DNA from: a virus
Strand: one strand, 5' to 3'
Length of the DNA: 64,000 bases
IMG/VR virus record: IMGVR_UViG_3300025133_000028
The position numbers were made by a program, and so were the translations under genes. Below the pieces are notes generated by a model, which saw only the letters and a list, made by a program, of their open reading frames with translations, had not been told where the DNA came from and did not search any database. Below, in pieces: positions 16,429 through 27,102 of this stretch (within the stretch, counting starts at the first letter, position 1; each line of letters starts with the position of its first letter).

Positions 16429-17463
16429 ATGGCTAAAAAGAAAGTGACAGCAAAAGAAACAAAAACATCACCAGCAATAACAGCAACAGATAAACTAGCA
16501 AACGAAATTAACAAAGAATACGGGATTGGTATTTGCGTAGACGCTAATGAAATTTTAGATAAAGAACAAATAATCATACCAGTCAGTCCTAGAATTGATG
16601 CAGGAATTCACGGAGGCATTCCAGAGGGTTCGTGGGTAATTATGTCCGGTCCTCCTAAGTGTGGTAAAAGCACTACGTGTTTAGAATTTGCAGCTACATG
16701 TCAACAGTCTGAATACGGTGATAGAGAAATTTATTACTTTGATGTTGAAGGTCGTCTTAAAAAGATGAACTTAGAACAAATCCCAAACTTAAATCTTAAA
16801 AAATTTCATATAATAAAATCAACTAAGGAAAAAATATTAGCAGCCGAAGACCACCTTACTATTGCTGTTAACGTATTGAAAAATGTACCCAGAGCCATTG
16901 TAATTATAGACTCAACTTCCGCAATGGCTGGCGTATCAACATTAGAGGATAGAGTTAGAGGAGACGGTAGAGAACCAGCACCACGGATTTTATCTAACTT
17001 CTGCAAACAAATGGGTGGAGTCGTACCTATTCAGGACTCTATTGTAATTCTAGTTCAACACCTGATTACAAATACAAGTGGTAAGGGTGCCATGTATATG
17101 GAAGACGGGGGAAGAAAAATTCAGTATCAAGTTGACGTGAAGCTCAGATGCACGTACTTTGAAAGGTGGGAGGACACTAGTAAAACCCAAATAGGGCAAA
17201 AAGCACACTGGAACGTCCTGTCTTCTGCTCTTGGTCCTCCTGGGGCAAAAATTGAAAGCTATCTTAGATATGGTGAAGGTATTGATATGATATACGAAAC
17301 CATGAAAATTGCAGAAGAAATCGGAATTATTGCTAAAGCTGGCTCTTGGTATACTTATGAGGAATACAAAGTACAAGGTGCGGAAAAATTACGACAGTAT
17401 TTTGTAGACAATCCTGATAAGTATAAAGAACTAACCAAAGAAGTACAGGAAATGTTATCATGA
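16429..17463 (+). CDS. recA: RecA/UvsX recombinase
   Basis: GGIPEG, GPPKCGKST, FDVEGRL, IIDS, GGRKIQY, KAGSWY. Confidence 0.93.
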   Translation: MAKKKVTAKETKTSPAITATDKLANEINKEYGIGICVDANEILDKEQIIIPVSPRIDAGIHGGIPEGSWVIMSGPPKCGKSTTCLEFAATCQQSEYGDREIYYFDVEGRLKKMNLEQIPNLNLKKFHIIKSTKEKILAAEDHLTIAVNVLKNVPRAIVIIDSTSAMAGVSTLEDRVRGDGREPAPRILSNFCKQMGGVVPIQDSIVILVQHLITNTSGKGAMYMEDGGRKIQYQVDVKLRCTYFERWEDTSKTQIGQKAHWNVLSSALGPPGAKIESYLRYGEGIDMIYETMKIAEEIGIIAKAGSWYTYEEYKVQGAEKLRQYFVDNPDKYKELTKEVQEMLS

Positions 17464-17849
17464 GAGTAATTGGATTGCACGGTCAGGAAATGACTCTGAA
17501 TTTCAATAAATCCGGCACTAGAAAAAACGCATCGTCATATCATACTAAAGCAAGAGAACTACTTAATGATTATTTTTCTCTTGAGGTAATTTATGAAGAA
17601 CTAGGAATTCCAGGTACTTTATTGACTTTGGATTTTTTTATACCTAGGTACAAGGTAGCTGTTGAGGTACAAGGCGAACAACATTATAAATTTATTGGAC
17701 ATTTTCACAAAAACAAATTAGAATTTTACAGAGCAAAAAAACGAGACCAAGACAAACGCAATTGGTGCGAAGTTAATAATTTTGATTTGATTGAATTTCC
17801 ATATAATGAGGATAAAAACGAATGGCTGACGAGAATACAGGAAAGATAG
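17460..17849 (+). CDS. Vsr/DUF559-like PD-(D/E)XK endonuclease
   Basis: LDFFIP...AVEVQGEQHY...RDQDKRNWC. Confidence 0.75.
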   Translation: MRVIGLHGQEMTLNFNKSGTRKNASSYHTKARELLNDYFSLEVIYEELGIPGTLLTLDFFIPRYKVAVEVQGEQHYKFIGHFHKNKLEFYRAKKRDQDKRNWCEVNNFDLIEFPYNEDKNEWLTRIQER

Positions 17850-18310
17850 AATCACAGTGGAACGAAATTGACCAATTACTAAACGACTATGACGAAAGGT
17901 TGTGTTTAAAACATATAACTCATAGTCCAGAAGTTGAAAAGATTCTGACCATTTCTTATGTCGAATTAAAAGCGTTGTCTGCCGAAAGATGCGGAGAGTG
18001 TGCTGTTTTATTAGCTCAGTATGGTATATTTGTACAAAAAGAAATAAATCGTCAGACAGCTAAAATGAAATGGGCGGAAAAAGGCATTCACATAATGGCT
18101 GCTAAATATGGCAAAAACTACAGTCAGTATATGAAATTTGAAGAAAAACAAGCAACAATCATATCAGACAACAGTGCTGCGTTTAAACTTCATAAACTCA
18201 AACAAATATCTCAAGCTATAGTTGACGAATTGTCTTACATTACCAGTCGAATAAATACTATGGGACAGTCTTTTATAGAGCTTCAAAACACCAAAAGGAG
18301 AACGCAATGA
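17822..18310 (+). CDS. helical protein, possible UvsY-like recombination mediator
   Basis: Coiled-coil character; between recA and helicase; function is inference. Confidence 0.4.
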   Translation: MADENTGKIESQWNEIDQLLNDYDERLCLKHITHSPEVEKILTISYVELKALSAERCGECAVLLAQYGIFVQKEINRQTAKMKWAEKGIHIMAAKYGKNYSQYMKFEEKQATIISDNSAAFKLHKLKQISQAIVDELSYITSRINTMGQSFIELQNTKRRTQ

Positions 18311-18939
18311 GTATTATAACAGATACCAAACAAATGATAGAAACCGCTATGAACAGCGGAGATAAAGACCTAATGAAGATGGCTATGTTGATGCAGTCTA
18401 AAATAGTAGACAATCTGCCAGAGCCAACACAAGAACCAACACAAGAACCGTATTACACTTGTGATGCTTGTGGTGAAAGATTTCCGTTTGATAAAAAAAG
18501 AAAACGTTGCCCTTCTTGTAAGAAACATAAACTAGTTTTGGTTGATGTTGCAAAAGAGCCAGAGCCAGTAATTGACACAAGAAGTAAAAGACTACGAGCA
18601 ACAGATGTTGAAAATTTTACTATGACCCGTGACCCTAATTTTGACAGAGAAGTTAGAGACGAAGAAGGTAATGTGATTGGCACTAAAACTTTATCTCAGA
18701 GTATTCAAGTTACTGGTAATCAATTTCAAGACAACAACGATGATTGTTCTGCTGACAGAGACTTTACCAAACAGGTTAAGTTTAATGTTAGCCAACGTAG
18801 AGGTAAGGTCAATATGGTAAATTGGCAATGTGAATCATGTAATAAACAGGAACAAAAACACCCCGCGTTTTCTAAAGAATTGTATTGTGATAAATGTTTA
18901 ATCAAAGGGAAAGGAAGAGGGCGAAATAAACGTGTCTGA
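18307..18939 (+). CDS. zinc-finger hypothetical protein
   Basis: Four CxxC pairs; short EPTQ tandem repeat. Confidence 0.65.
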   Translation: MSIITDTKQMIETAMNSGDKDLMKMAMLMQSKIVDNLPEPTQEPTQEPYYTCDACGERFPFDKKRKRCPSCKKHKLVLVDVAKEPEPVIDTRSKRLRATDVENFTMTRDPNFDREVRDEEGNVIGTKTLSQSIQVTGNQFQDNNDDCSADRDFTKQVKFNVSQRRGKVNMVNWQCESCNKQEQKHPAFSKELYCDKCLIKGKGRGRNKRV

Positions 18940-20404
18940 TAAACAAGGTAATACGGGTGTAGAAAGAGCGGTAGTGTCTGGGTTATGTCAATATGGTAAA
19001 GACGCATGGATTGATGTATCTGACATAATAGATTCATCGTCGTTTGTAGAACAACATAATCAAATGATTTTTAGAGTCATAGACAATATAATAAACATTC
19101 AAGGGATTGAAACTATTGATTTGTCTTCTATTGTCGCAACAGCCGAAACTCTTGGTTTTTCATCAACTATATCTGATAGGAAATACAACGATTATATTAG
19201 GTCTATATTCAACTTTCCTGTTGAATTAGCAAATGTTAGAGTCCATGCTAAAAAACTCGCCAAACTTGAAATCGCAAGAAAATGGAAAAACAAACTTAAA
19301 GACATATACAACAAGATGGCAGAAGTTACTGGTGATGAAACTATTGACGAAATAGTTAACATTCCAGAATCTGCATTGTTTGATATGGTTCATAATTTAT
19401 ATCACAATACCGATAACAATCCCGTTCAAATAGCAGAAGGAAACTCAGAACTTTTAAACGACTTGATAAACAACCCAATTGAAATGATTGGTGTTCCTAC
19501 TCCTTGGCCAATTTATAACGAAATTATTGGTGGTGGTTTGCGTCCTGGTGTTTCATTAATTGCTGCTAGACCAAAAATTGGTAAGTCATCACTTGCTAAA
19601 GATGCGTTACTTCATATTTCTGGTAAAATGAATATTCCAACTCTGTACATTGATACAGAAATGGATAAGACAGAACAGGTTTTTAGAATGTTGGCAACAC
19701 TATCAGACGTTCCAACTAAAAGAATTGAGACAGGATATTTCGGTCAAGACGATGATGAAAAAGAACGAGTTTTTCTAGCTAATAAAGAATTAGAAGCAAT
19801 GCCGCTATCTCATAAAAGGGTTGGTGGAATGGATTTTAAAGAAATATTAAGTATTGTTAGACGATGGATTTTTAAAGATGTTGGATTTGACGATTCGGGT
19901 GAAGCCAATCCTTGTGTGATAGTTTATGATTACTTTAAGCTTATGAATGTTGAAACACTACAAAAAATGCAAGAATTTCAAGCTTTGGGTTTTCAAATAT
20001 CAGAATTGAGTGACTTTACTAAACAATATAGTATTCCTTGTCTAGCTTTTGTACAAACAAACAGAGAAGGTATTAAAGAAACTGGTGGTAGTGTATTATC
20101 AGGTTCTGACCGTTTGTTGTGGTTGTGCATTTCTGCGTGTGACTTCAAGAGAAAAACATCAGAAGAAATTGAAGAAGATGGGCCAGAATTTGGCAATAGA
20201 AAACTTGTACCTATCGAATGTCGTTATGGTAGTAGTTTATCAGACAACGATTATATACATATGAACTTACAAGGTAATATTTCAAAGGTTACGGAATTAG
20301 GTACGAAATCTGCTAGTATTAAAGATGAAGATGATTCTGGATTTACTGGAGGAAAACCAATACCTGTTGAAGACGACGAGGAGGAAGACGATTGTCCTTT
20401 CTAG
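18932..20404 (+). CDS. dnaB: replicative DNA helicase
   Basis: AARPKIGKS, YIDTEM, VYDYFKL, FVQTNR, CRYG. Confidence 0.92.
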   Translation: MSDKQGNTGVERAVVSGLCQYGKDAWIDVSDIIDSSSFVEQHNQMIFRVIDNIINIQGIETIDLSSIVATAETLGFSSTISDRKYNDYIRSIFNFPVELANVRVHAKKLAKLEIARKWKNKLKDIYNKMAEVTGDETIDEIVNIPESALFDMVHNLYHNTDNNPVQIAEGNSELLNDLINNPIEMIGVPTPWPIYNEIIGGGLRPGVSLIAARPKIGKSSLAKDALLHISGKMNIPTLYIDTEMDKTEQVFRMLATLSDVPTKRIETGYFGQDDDEKERVFLANKELEAMPLSHKRVGGMDFKEILSIVRRWIFKDVGFDDSGEANPCVIVYDYFKLMNVETLQKMQEFQALGFQISELSDFTKQYSIPCLAFVQTNREGIKETGGSVLSGSDRLLWLCISACDFKRKTSEEIEEDGPEFGNRKLVPIECRYGSSLSDNDYIHMNLQGNISKVTELGTKSASIKDEDDSGFTGGKPIPVEDDEEEDDCPF

Positions 20405-21528
20405 TATCAGACGAAAGCATTGAAAATATCTTATACGGATTGTCTGAGCGTATGGAAGATGTATTAGATGAATTTGGATTGGAATACGAAATTTATGATA
20501 ACAGAATATGTACAAATTGTGAAATTCATGGTGGGGATAAAAAAGAAGCGTTAGTAGTTTATACTAATAATGATTTAGGAATATGGAAATGTTATACAGC
20601 AGAATGTCATGAAACCTACGGTAAAGATGGCATTGGCTTAATTCGCGGTCTACTTAGCGTCGAAAAAAGTAAAGAAATTTCGAGATTCGATGCAATAAAG
20701 TGGGCTGCGAATTTTTTAGGAGAATCCATTAATTATGAAGAAAATAAGAATTTCAAAGACCAGCGTAATTATACCAAAATGGCTAAGGCTTTACTAAAAA
20801 CTAATAAAACTACAACAGTACAAATAAAACGAGAGCAAGCAATCAAGAGTTTACGGATTCCAGCGACTTTTTATGTGCGACAGGGATTCAGCAAAAAGAT
20901 TCTAACGAAGTACGATGTTGGATATTGTGCGACTGCGGGCAAAGAAATGTTTGACAGAGTTGTATTTCCTGTGTATGATGATATGCATGAACACATTGTC
21001 GGTGTTGTGGGACGAACGATTCAGCCGTATTGTAAAAAGTGTAAAAAATATCATTATACTAATCGTCATTGTCCAACAAACAGAGTCGAAGAACTATGGG
21101 CATCTAAATGGAGAAACAGTAAAGGGTTTCGTGCTGAATCGTTTTTCTTTAACTACTGGTTTGCTGCAAAGCATATTAAACAATGTGGTTGTGCAATACT
21201 TGTTGAAGGACAAGGAGATGTATTAAGATTAGAAGAGGCGGGTATTAAAATAGCTTTAGGAATGTTTGGTACTTCAATAACTGATGACCAGCTTATGTTA
21301 TTAGAAAAAAGTGGTGCTACGACACTGGTAATTTTTACCGATAACGACAACGCTGGTAAAAAAGCTAGAGAAGACATTAAAGAGAAATGTGGACTGTGTT
21401 TTAATATTATTACGGAAGATTTACCAAAAAAAGATTTTGGTATAATGAAAGTAGCAGAAACACGAACTTTTGTTAATCCAATACTTAAAAGAATAGGAGT
21501 TAGTAATGCTTTGGGAATTCACTGTTGA
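20392..21528 (+). CDS. dnaG: DNA primase (CHC2 zinc finger + TOPRIM)
   Basis: CEIHGGD...WKCY..EC, RVVFPV, VGVVGR, LVEGQGD, DNDNAG. Confidence 0.9.
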   Translation: MSFLVSDESIENILYGLSERMEDVLDEFGLEYEIYDNRICTNCEIHGGDKKEALVVYTNNDLGIWKCYTAECHETYGKDGIGLIRGLLSVEKSKEISRFDAIKWAANFLGESINYEENKNFKDQRNYTKMAKALLKTNKTTTVQIKREQAIKSLRIPATFYVRQGFSKKILTKYDVGYCATAGKEMFDRVVFPVYDDMHEHIVGVVGRTIQPYCKKCKKYHYTNRHCPTNRVEELWASKWRNSKGFRAESFFFNYWFAAKHIKQCGCAILVEGQGDVLRLEEAGIKIALGMFGTSITDDQLMLLEKSGATTLVIFTDNDNAGKKAREDIKEKCGLCFNIITEDLPKKDFGIMKVAETRTFVNPILKRIGVSNALGIHC

Positions 21529-21841
21529 ACTAGAGGAAATTAAAGACAAAGACAAAAATGTTACACAAAAGTCTGGCACAGAAGTAGTAGTAGTTGAGGC
21601 AAATATTTTAAATACTGCTGCGTATAGAGTGTTTAGACAACTGACTAATTCTGGACGTATGCTTCGTAAACCAAAATGGGTTACCCCCAAAAACCAAAAC
21701 AGAAAACATCCACAAGAAGTAGAATTTGCGTGGAAAGGTGTTACTGTCAAAACGCTTCAACCCGTAAAGACAGTAAACATTACTGAGTTGGGCTATGAAG
21801 CTAAAAAAGACAAAAGGAGTATGAAGCAAGACAATGGGTGA
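21506..21841 (+). CDS. hypothetical protein
   Basis: AGGAG RBS. Confidence 0.65.
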   Translation: MLWEFTVELEEIKDKDKNVTQKSGTEVVVVEANILNTAAYRVFRQLTNSGRMLRKPKWVTPKNQNRKHPQEVEFAWKGVTVKTLQPVKTVNITELGYEAKKDKRSMKQDNG

Positions 21842-22655
21842 CCAAAACATATTAGTATTCTTTGGTGAAAAACAATCGGGTAAAGACAGTGGTGCAAACT
21901 TTATTTCTGGTTGGGTAATGCGAGAATACGCAGGATTAATGGAAAGGTTTGAGATTGACCCAGAAACAGGAAAACTAGTTACGTCAGTTAATACCCAAAA
22001 TGAAAAAGGTGAAACTATTAAAGGCGAAGCTATTTTAGACTTTGAACAGCATTGGGTAGACCCAGACTTAAGACGATGGCTTGCCGCAAATGTATGGCCA
22101 TATGTTAAAAAATACAGCTTTGCTGACAATCTAAAAATGGCATGTATGAAAATCTTTGGGCTGACATTTGAGCAATGTTATGGTAGTGACGACGATAAAA
22201 ACACAGAGACAAAAATACTCTGGTCTGATATGTTTAAGTTCTTACCAGACGAAACAGTTGCTGAACTTGGTGATAAAAAACATCAAAAAATGACAGCAAG
22301 AGAAGTTATGCAATATTTTGGCACTGATGTTTGTCGTGGACTAATGGACGAGTGTTGGGTAAAGTCTACTTTTGATAAAATCAAAGAAGAAGGTGTGCCG
22401 TTTGCGTTAATTTCAGATGGTAGATTTTTAAACGAATTAGAATATTCTAATCGAGTTGATGCAAAAACTCTCTTTTTAGAAAAGAAATTAGAAACTAATA
22501 CTACCCACGCAAGCGAACAGGCTGGACAATTACCAAAAAACCAGTTTAGTAAAATCATCGCTAACGCAAACATGGACATTGTAGCTAAAAATCTTCAGTT
22601 GTTAGAAACATTAGGAGAATGGGGATGGATAAATTGGACAGTAACTTCTCAGTAA
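21834..22655 (+). CDS. deoxynucleoside monophosphate kinase
   Basis: GEKQSGKD, SFADNLK, TAREVMQYFGTD, ISDGRFLNE, HASE. Confidence 0.85.
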   Translation: MGDQNILVFFGEKQSGKDSGANFISGWVMREYAGLMERFEIDPETGKLVTSVNTQNEKGETIKGEAILDFEQHWVDPDLRRWLAANVWPYVKKYSFADNLKMACMKIFGLTFEQCYGSDDDKNTETKILWSDMFKFLPDETVAELGDKKHQKMTAREVMQYFGTDVCRGLMDECWVKSTFDKIKEEGVPFALISDGRFLNELEYSNRVDAKTLFLEKKLETNTTHASEQAGQLPKNQFSKIIANANMDIVAKNLQLLETLGEWGWINWTVTSQ

Positions 22656-23065
22656 GACCACTTGCTTTTAGGGATTTAAATGAAGATTACTTTAAACTTA
22701 TGAGTCAATTAACAGATTCTCCTTATTGGAACGTATCTTTACGCGAATGGAATGTCTATAAACATTCAAATAAATGTATAGTTGTAACAGTAGACAAAAA
22801 AGACAAGATAGTAGGAACTGCCTCTATATTTTTTGAAAAGAAATTTACCAGAGGAGGTTCTACCGTTGGGCATATTGAAGACGTAGTGGTTGATGTCGCC
22901 TATAGAAAAAAAAGTATAGCTTTAACAATGCTAAACTTTCTTCGACTAATGGCAAAAGGAATTGGAGCATATAAATTGATTTTAAACTGTAGTGACGATA
23001 ATATTGATTTTTACACAAAGTGCGGTTTCTACAAACATGAAAACGAAATGAGGTTAGATATTTGA
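22619..23065 (+). CDS. glucosamine-6-phosphate N-acetyltransferase (GNA1-type GNAT)
   Basis: IVGTASIFFEKKFTRGG..VGHIEDVVVD, YKLILNCSDDNIDFYTKCGF. Confidence 0.85.
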   Translation: MGMDKLDSNFSVRPLAFRDLNEDYFKLMSQLTDSPYWNVSLREWNVYKHSNKCIVVTVDKKDKIVGTASIFFEKKFTRGGSTVGHIEDVVVDVAYRKKSIALTMLNFLRLMAKGIGAYKLILNCSDDNIDFYTKCGFYKHENEMRLDI

Positions 23066-24186
23066 TAGTAACATATTACAGAAGTAGTAGCTATTCCAAT
23101 CTGTCGTTTTGTGAAATGCAATATTTTCAAACATACGTTTTGGGTATGCCTCGCGTAGCTGGACTAAAAGCAGACAAAGGCACTACCACACATAAAGCAT
23201 TAGAATGTTTAGCTTGTATTAAAAAACTAATTCAAGATGGGCAAACAAAAGGAATCTATCAAGATAGTCAACTTGGACCAATCGAATACGACGAACAGAC
23301 ATGGATGAAACCGCATCATTTATCTGATGATGAAGTTGACGCTATTAATAAGACAAGACGAAATAAGCAAACCTACAAAAGTTTGTGTAAAATTCCGTAT
23401 GGAACAGTACACTATGGTGTAGATTTGGTTAATGAACTTGCCCAAAAATCTTCTGATTATTATGCCGAAAGAGGAGCACATAAGTGGAAACCAGTTGATT
23501 TCAAAGATGTCAAAAACTTTACATATATTCCACTAGAATATAAAGACGGTATGTTTGACCCAAGACGTAGAACAATTGTTGAAGCAGAACCTCACTTTGA
23601 CATCACTATTGACAAGCCTTGGGCTAATTATCAGTACGAACATCAAGGAAAAATATTAGATGGACAACTGGCAATTAAGGGTACGGTTGACCTAATTACT
23701 GATATTGGTGGCGGAATTTACGAGATTGTTGACTGGAAAACTGGCCAACGTATTGACTGGGGAGCAAAGGGCACACCAGAAAAGACGTATGATAAGTTGT
23801 GTGAAGACCCGCAGTTGATGTTGTATTACTATGCTTGTCGTAATATGTATCCAGACGTTAAGGGAATTATCTTAAGTATTTTCTTTGTTCGTGACGGTGG
23901 GCCGTTTAGTATATGTTTTGATGAACACCACTTAGCACATATGGAAAAACTATTAGAAAAGAAATTTAAGTATACACAAAATTGTACACTACCCGAAATG
24001 TGTGACCCAAATCAGAAAGATTTTAAATGTACTAGAATCTGTGATTTTTACAAACAAAAAAAGAACGACAAAAACATGTGTAGATTTATTCATGACGAAA
24101 TCAAAGATAAAGGTATGCAACACGTAATAGACAATCATACGGAAGATGGTCACAACGTAGGATTCTATCAAAACCCAGGAGAATAG
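23062..24186 (+). CDS. PD-(D/E)XK exonuclease (RecB/Cas4-like)
   Basis: GTTTHKALE, KGTVDLI, IVDWKTG, QLMLY, C-terminal Cys cluster. Confidence 0.85.
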   Translation: MIVTYYRSSSYSNLSFCEMQYFQTYVLGMPRVAGLKADKGTTTHKALECLACIKKLIQDGQTKGIYQDSQLGPIEYDEQTWMKPHHLSDDEVDAINKTRRNKQTYKSLCKIPYGTVHYGVDLVNELAQKSSDYYAERGAHKWKPVDFKDVKNFTYIPLEYKDGMFDPRRRTIVEAEPHFDITIDKPWANYQYEHQGKILDGQLAIKGTVDLITDIGGGIYEIVDWKTGQRIDWGAKGTPEKTYDKLCEDPQLMLYYYACRNMYPDVKGIILSIFFVRDGGPFSICFDEHHLAHMEKLLEKKFKYTQNCTLPEMCDPNQKDFKCTRICDFYKQKKNDKNMCRFIHDEIKDKGMQHVIDNHTEDGHNVGFYQNPGE

Positions 24187-24195
24187 GAAAACAAC

Positions 24196-26091
24196 ATGCC
24201 AAAATGGACCCCATTACACCTACATAGTTATTATTCGTTGCTTGATGGTCTACAGAGTCCAACGCAGATAGCTAGTAAATGTGAAGAGTATGGATATACA
24301 TCGTGTGCTATTACTGACCACGGAGTATTATCTGGGAGTGTTCAGTTTACACAAGCACTTAAAAAGAAAAACATAAAACCAATATTGGGTTGCGAATTCT
24401 ACCTTAGTAGTCAAGACCCAACGATTCAATCTCAAGAAAATAGAAAGCTATCTCACCTATGCCTTTTGGCTAAAAACAAAAAAGGTTGGTTACAGCTTAT
24501 TGCCGCGTCATCCCGAAGTAACGAAGATGACGTTTTTTATTATAAACCGCGATTAAGTCTTGATATGTTGGCACCCTACTGTGGTGACTTAATATCGTTT
24601 TCTGGTCATCCTGGCAGTGATATGTGTAACGTATTGTTTGATGGAAATCCGTATGCGTGTAAAACCGCAGATGAAGTAAGAAAAATACTACATCCAGACT
24701 GGAGAAAAAGAGCCGCAAGCTTAGCGAATAAATACCAAGACATATTTGGTAAAGGTAATTTTTTCCTTGAAGTACAATTAATTGACCAACACCAATTGCC
24801 AGTACAAATTGTCATAGCAGACTGTTTGAGACAGGTCGGTAAGGACACCGGAATTTTATGTGTGGCTACTGCTGATTCTCATTACACTAACAAAACAGAT
24901 ACTTTTGACCATCGTGTGATTTTGTGTTCTGGTTTAAAAACAACATTACCAAAAGTCAATTCTAAGTTAGCAGCCGGAAATGACGTTGGATTAGGAGGAT
25001 TCTTTAAAACAGACCAGTATCATATTCCTAGTCCTGACGAAATTGAAGCTATTAATACACAGGAAGAAATAGACAACACAGGCGTAATTGCTGGTATGTG
25101 CGAAGATTATGACATCCTTAGTAGACCAAGACTTCCTAAGTTTGAATGGACAGAAGGTATGTCAGAGTCTGGTTATGTGCGTCATTTGTGCAGAAAAGGT
25201 TGGACAAACAGAGTCTGTTCGGAGTGGGACCAAAATATCTATTCGGATAGAATCAAAAAAGAACTTGGCGTGTTTGACAAAGCCGACTTAAATGGGTATT
25301 TTTTAATTGTCCAAGACTACGTCAACGAAGCAAAAAATCGCGGCATTCTGGTCGGCCCTGGTCGTGGTAGTGGTGCTGGCTCACTAGCCGCTTATTTGTT
25401 AAACATTACAAACGTAGACCCTATCCCAGAAGGTTTGTTATTTGAAAGATTTTACAACGACGGTAGAAATACTGCCGAAAGAGTTTCATTGCCTGACTTT
25501 GATATTGATTTTCCTATTAAAGAAAGAGAGGAAATGATTGAATATGTCAAAGACAAATATGGTCATGATAGAGTTTGTCAAATGGTTACGTTTGGAAGAA
25601 TGCAAGGTAGAGGAGCAATCAAAGAAGTTTTAAGAGTACACGAAGCTTGTGGATATGATATCATGAATGATATTACCAGAAATATTCCACAAGAGCATAT
25701 AATTGATGACCAAATGAAAGCGTCTGGCGAAACATCAATTTTAAACTGGACACTTGAAAACGAGCCAGAAGCAATAGCTGACTTTTGCAGAAAAGAAGAC
25801 GACGGTACTTTGACTGGAGATTATGCTAGATACTTTGAACAGGCTATTAGATTAGAAGGAACTTATAAGACTCAAGGTAAACATGCTGCTGGTATCATTA
25901 TTGCTGCCGAACCTCTTGCTGGCATTTGTCCAATGGTTAGAGATAAAACAGGTGGTATGATTGCCGGTATGGATATGAACGACTTAGAAGAAATGGGACA
26001 CGTTAAGTTTGACTTTCTCGGAATCTCCTCCTTAAGTAAGCTGATGGCAGTAAATAACCTGTTAATGTATGGGAGAATTAACGTTGATTAA
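24196..26091 (+). CDS. dnaE: DNA polymerase III alpha, N-terminal half (PHP + catalytic palm)
   Basis: HLHSYYSLLDG, TDHG, GPGRGSGAGSL, LPDFDIDF, GKHAAG, KFDFLG then stop. Confidence 0.93.
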   Translation: MPKWTPLHLHSYYSLLDGLQSPTQIASKCEEYGYTSCAITDHGVLSGSVQFTQALKKKNIKPILGCEFYLSSQDPTIQSQENRKLSHLCLLAKNKKGWLQLIAASSRSNEDDVFYYKPRLSLDMLAPYCGDLISFSGHPGSDMCNVLFDGNPYACKTADEVRKILHPDWRKRAASLANKYQDIFGKGNFFLEVQLIDQHQLPVQIVIADCLRQVGKDTGILCVATADSHYTNKTDTFDHRVILCSGLKTTLPKVNSKLAAGNDVGLGGFFKTDQYHIPSPDEIEAINTQEEIDNTGVIAGMCEDYDILSRPRLPKFEWTEGMSESGYVRHLCRKGWTNRVCSEWDQNIYSDRIKKELGVFDKADLNGYFLIVQDYVNEAKNRGILVGPGRGSGAGSLAAYLLNITNVDPIPEGLLFERFYNDGRNTAERVSLPDFDIDFPIKEREEMIEYVKDKYGHDRVCQMVTFGRMQGRGAIKEVLRVHEACGYDIMNDITRNIPQEHIIDDQMKASGETSILNWTLENEPEAIADFCRKEDDGTLTGDYARYFEQAIRLEGTYKTQGKHAAGIIIAAEPLAGICPMVRDKTGGMIAGMDMNDLEEMGHVKFDFLGISSLSKLMAVNNLLMYGRINVD

Positions 26092-26305
26092 GATAAAAAT
26101 TAGCGGGCCAGGAGGCACATTTGGTTCTATTGCTTTTCAGATTATGAAAGTATTAGAAAACAACGGAGCGATAGTGACTATTGATGAACATTACGAAAAT
26201 ACAGATTTACCATTTAATAACGAAAACACGGAAAACGCTACAGTAAGACAATTTAGAAACAAAGAAGTACATATCCATTTACAGCAATTGCCATGGGGAG
26301 GATAA
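26069..26305 (+). CDS. hypothetical protein
   Basis: Short ORF in operon. Confidence 0.55.
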   Translation: MGELTLIKIKISGPGGTFGSIAFQIMKVLENNGAIVTIDEHYENTDLPFNNENTENATVRQFRNKEVHIHLQQLPWGG

Positions 26306-26306
26306 A

Positions 26307-26549
26307 GTGAACGAACTAAACGTATTAAAAGAACTATTAGAATCTGGTCATTCTATCTCATATAAGAGATTGACAGTATGTAAGATTACCAGACCTTTTG
26401 GAAAACACAAAAATGTTTTTCAAGTACACTGCGAAGATTCTAGTTTTAAACATAGTCAACTATATTTTGATGTTGAGTCTGCAATTATAACTTTTTGTGA
26501 ACACAGACAGAAATTGGTCAAAAAATATAAAAATGCATATCTTAAATGA
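26307..26549 (+). CDS. hypothetical protein
   Basis: GGAGG RBS, GTG start. Confidence 0.6.
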   Translation: MNELNVLKELLESGHSISYKRLTVCKITRPFGKHKNVFQVHCEDSSFKHSQLYFDVESAIITFCEHRQKLVKKYKNAYLK

Positions 26550-27102
26550 GAACATACACAAGTGTAATATGTGTCCTTTGCGTGCTTTGCTACCAGACAC
26601 ATGTCAACCACTTGTCGGAGTTGGGCAACCTTCTCCTTTAATGATTGTCGGTGACGCTCCTTCTGAAAACGAAATATTGACTCAGACTACTTTTTATGAT
26701 TCTAGTTTGTATCTAGAAAAAATGCTAGAAAGCACAGGATTAGATATTGGTCAGTGTTATATAACAAATTTGATGAAATGCAAACCAAAAAGAGCAGCTA
26801 AAAAAGATGAAATAGACTCATGTAAGAAATGGTTATGGAAAGAAATCAAAAAAACCAAACCCAGAGTAATTGTAACGATGGGAAAAATTTCATCTATATC
26901 TTTGTTAAAAGGACAGATAAAACAAAACTTCACTATGAAAGACCTAATAAGTAGAGAGTTTTCTGTTTCTTATTGTGATGCAAAAATTTTACCGTGTTAT
27001 GGACCATTGTATTTATTAAACCAAGGAAAACAACTCAACGACCAAGCACGTATGGTATTGAAATACGCTGCGTTTTTATCAGGAATTAGGACACAAATAT
27101 GA
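26533..27102 (+). CDS. family-4 uracil-DNA glycosylase-like protein (degenerate motifs)
   Basis: CNMCPL, MIVGDAPS, YITNLMKCKP, EIDSCKKWL..EI, IVTMG. Confidence 0.8.
   Translation: MHILNENIHKCNMCPLRALLPDTCQPLVGVGQPSPLMIVGDAPSENEILTQTTFYDSSLYLEKMLESTGLDIGQCYITNLMKCKPKRAAKKDEIDSCKKWLWKEIKKTKPRVIVTMGKISSISLLKGQIKQNFTMKDLISREFSVSYCDAKILPCYGPLYLLNQGKQLNDQARMVLKYAAFLSGIRTQI

Noticed and set aside
18421-18450. 12-bp tandem repeat (EPTQ)
   Set aside because: Short in-frame linker duplication with no sign of phase variation
23062-24186. CRISPR-associated Cas4
   Set aside because: Stand-alone phage PD-(D/E)XK exonuclease; no array or other cas genes
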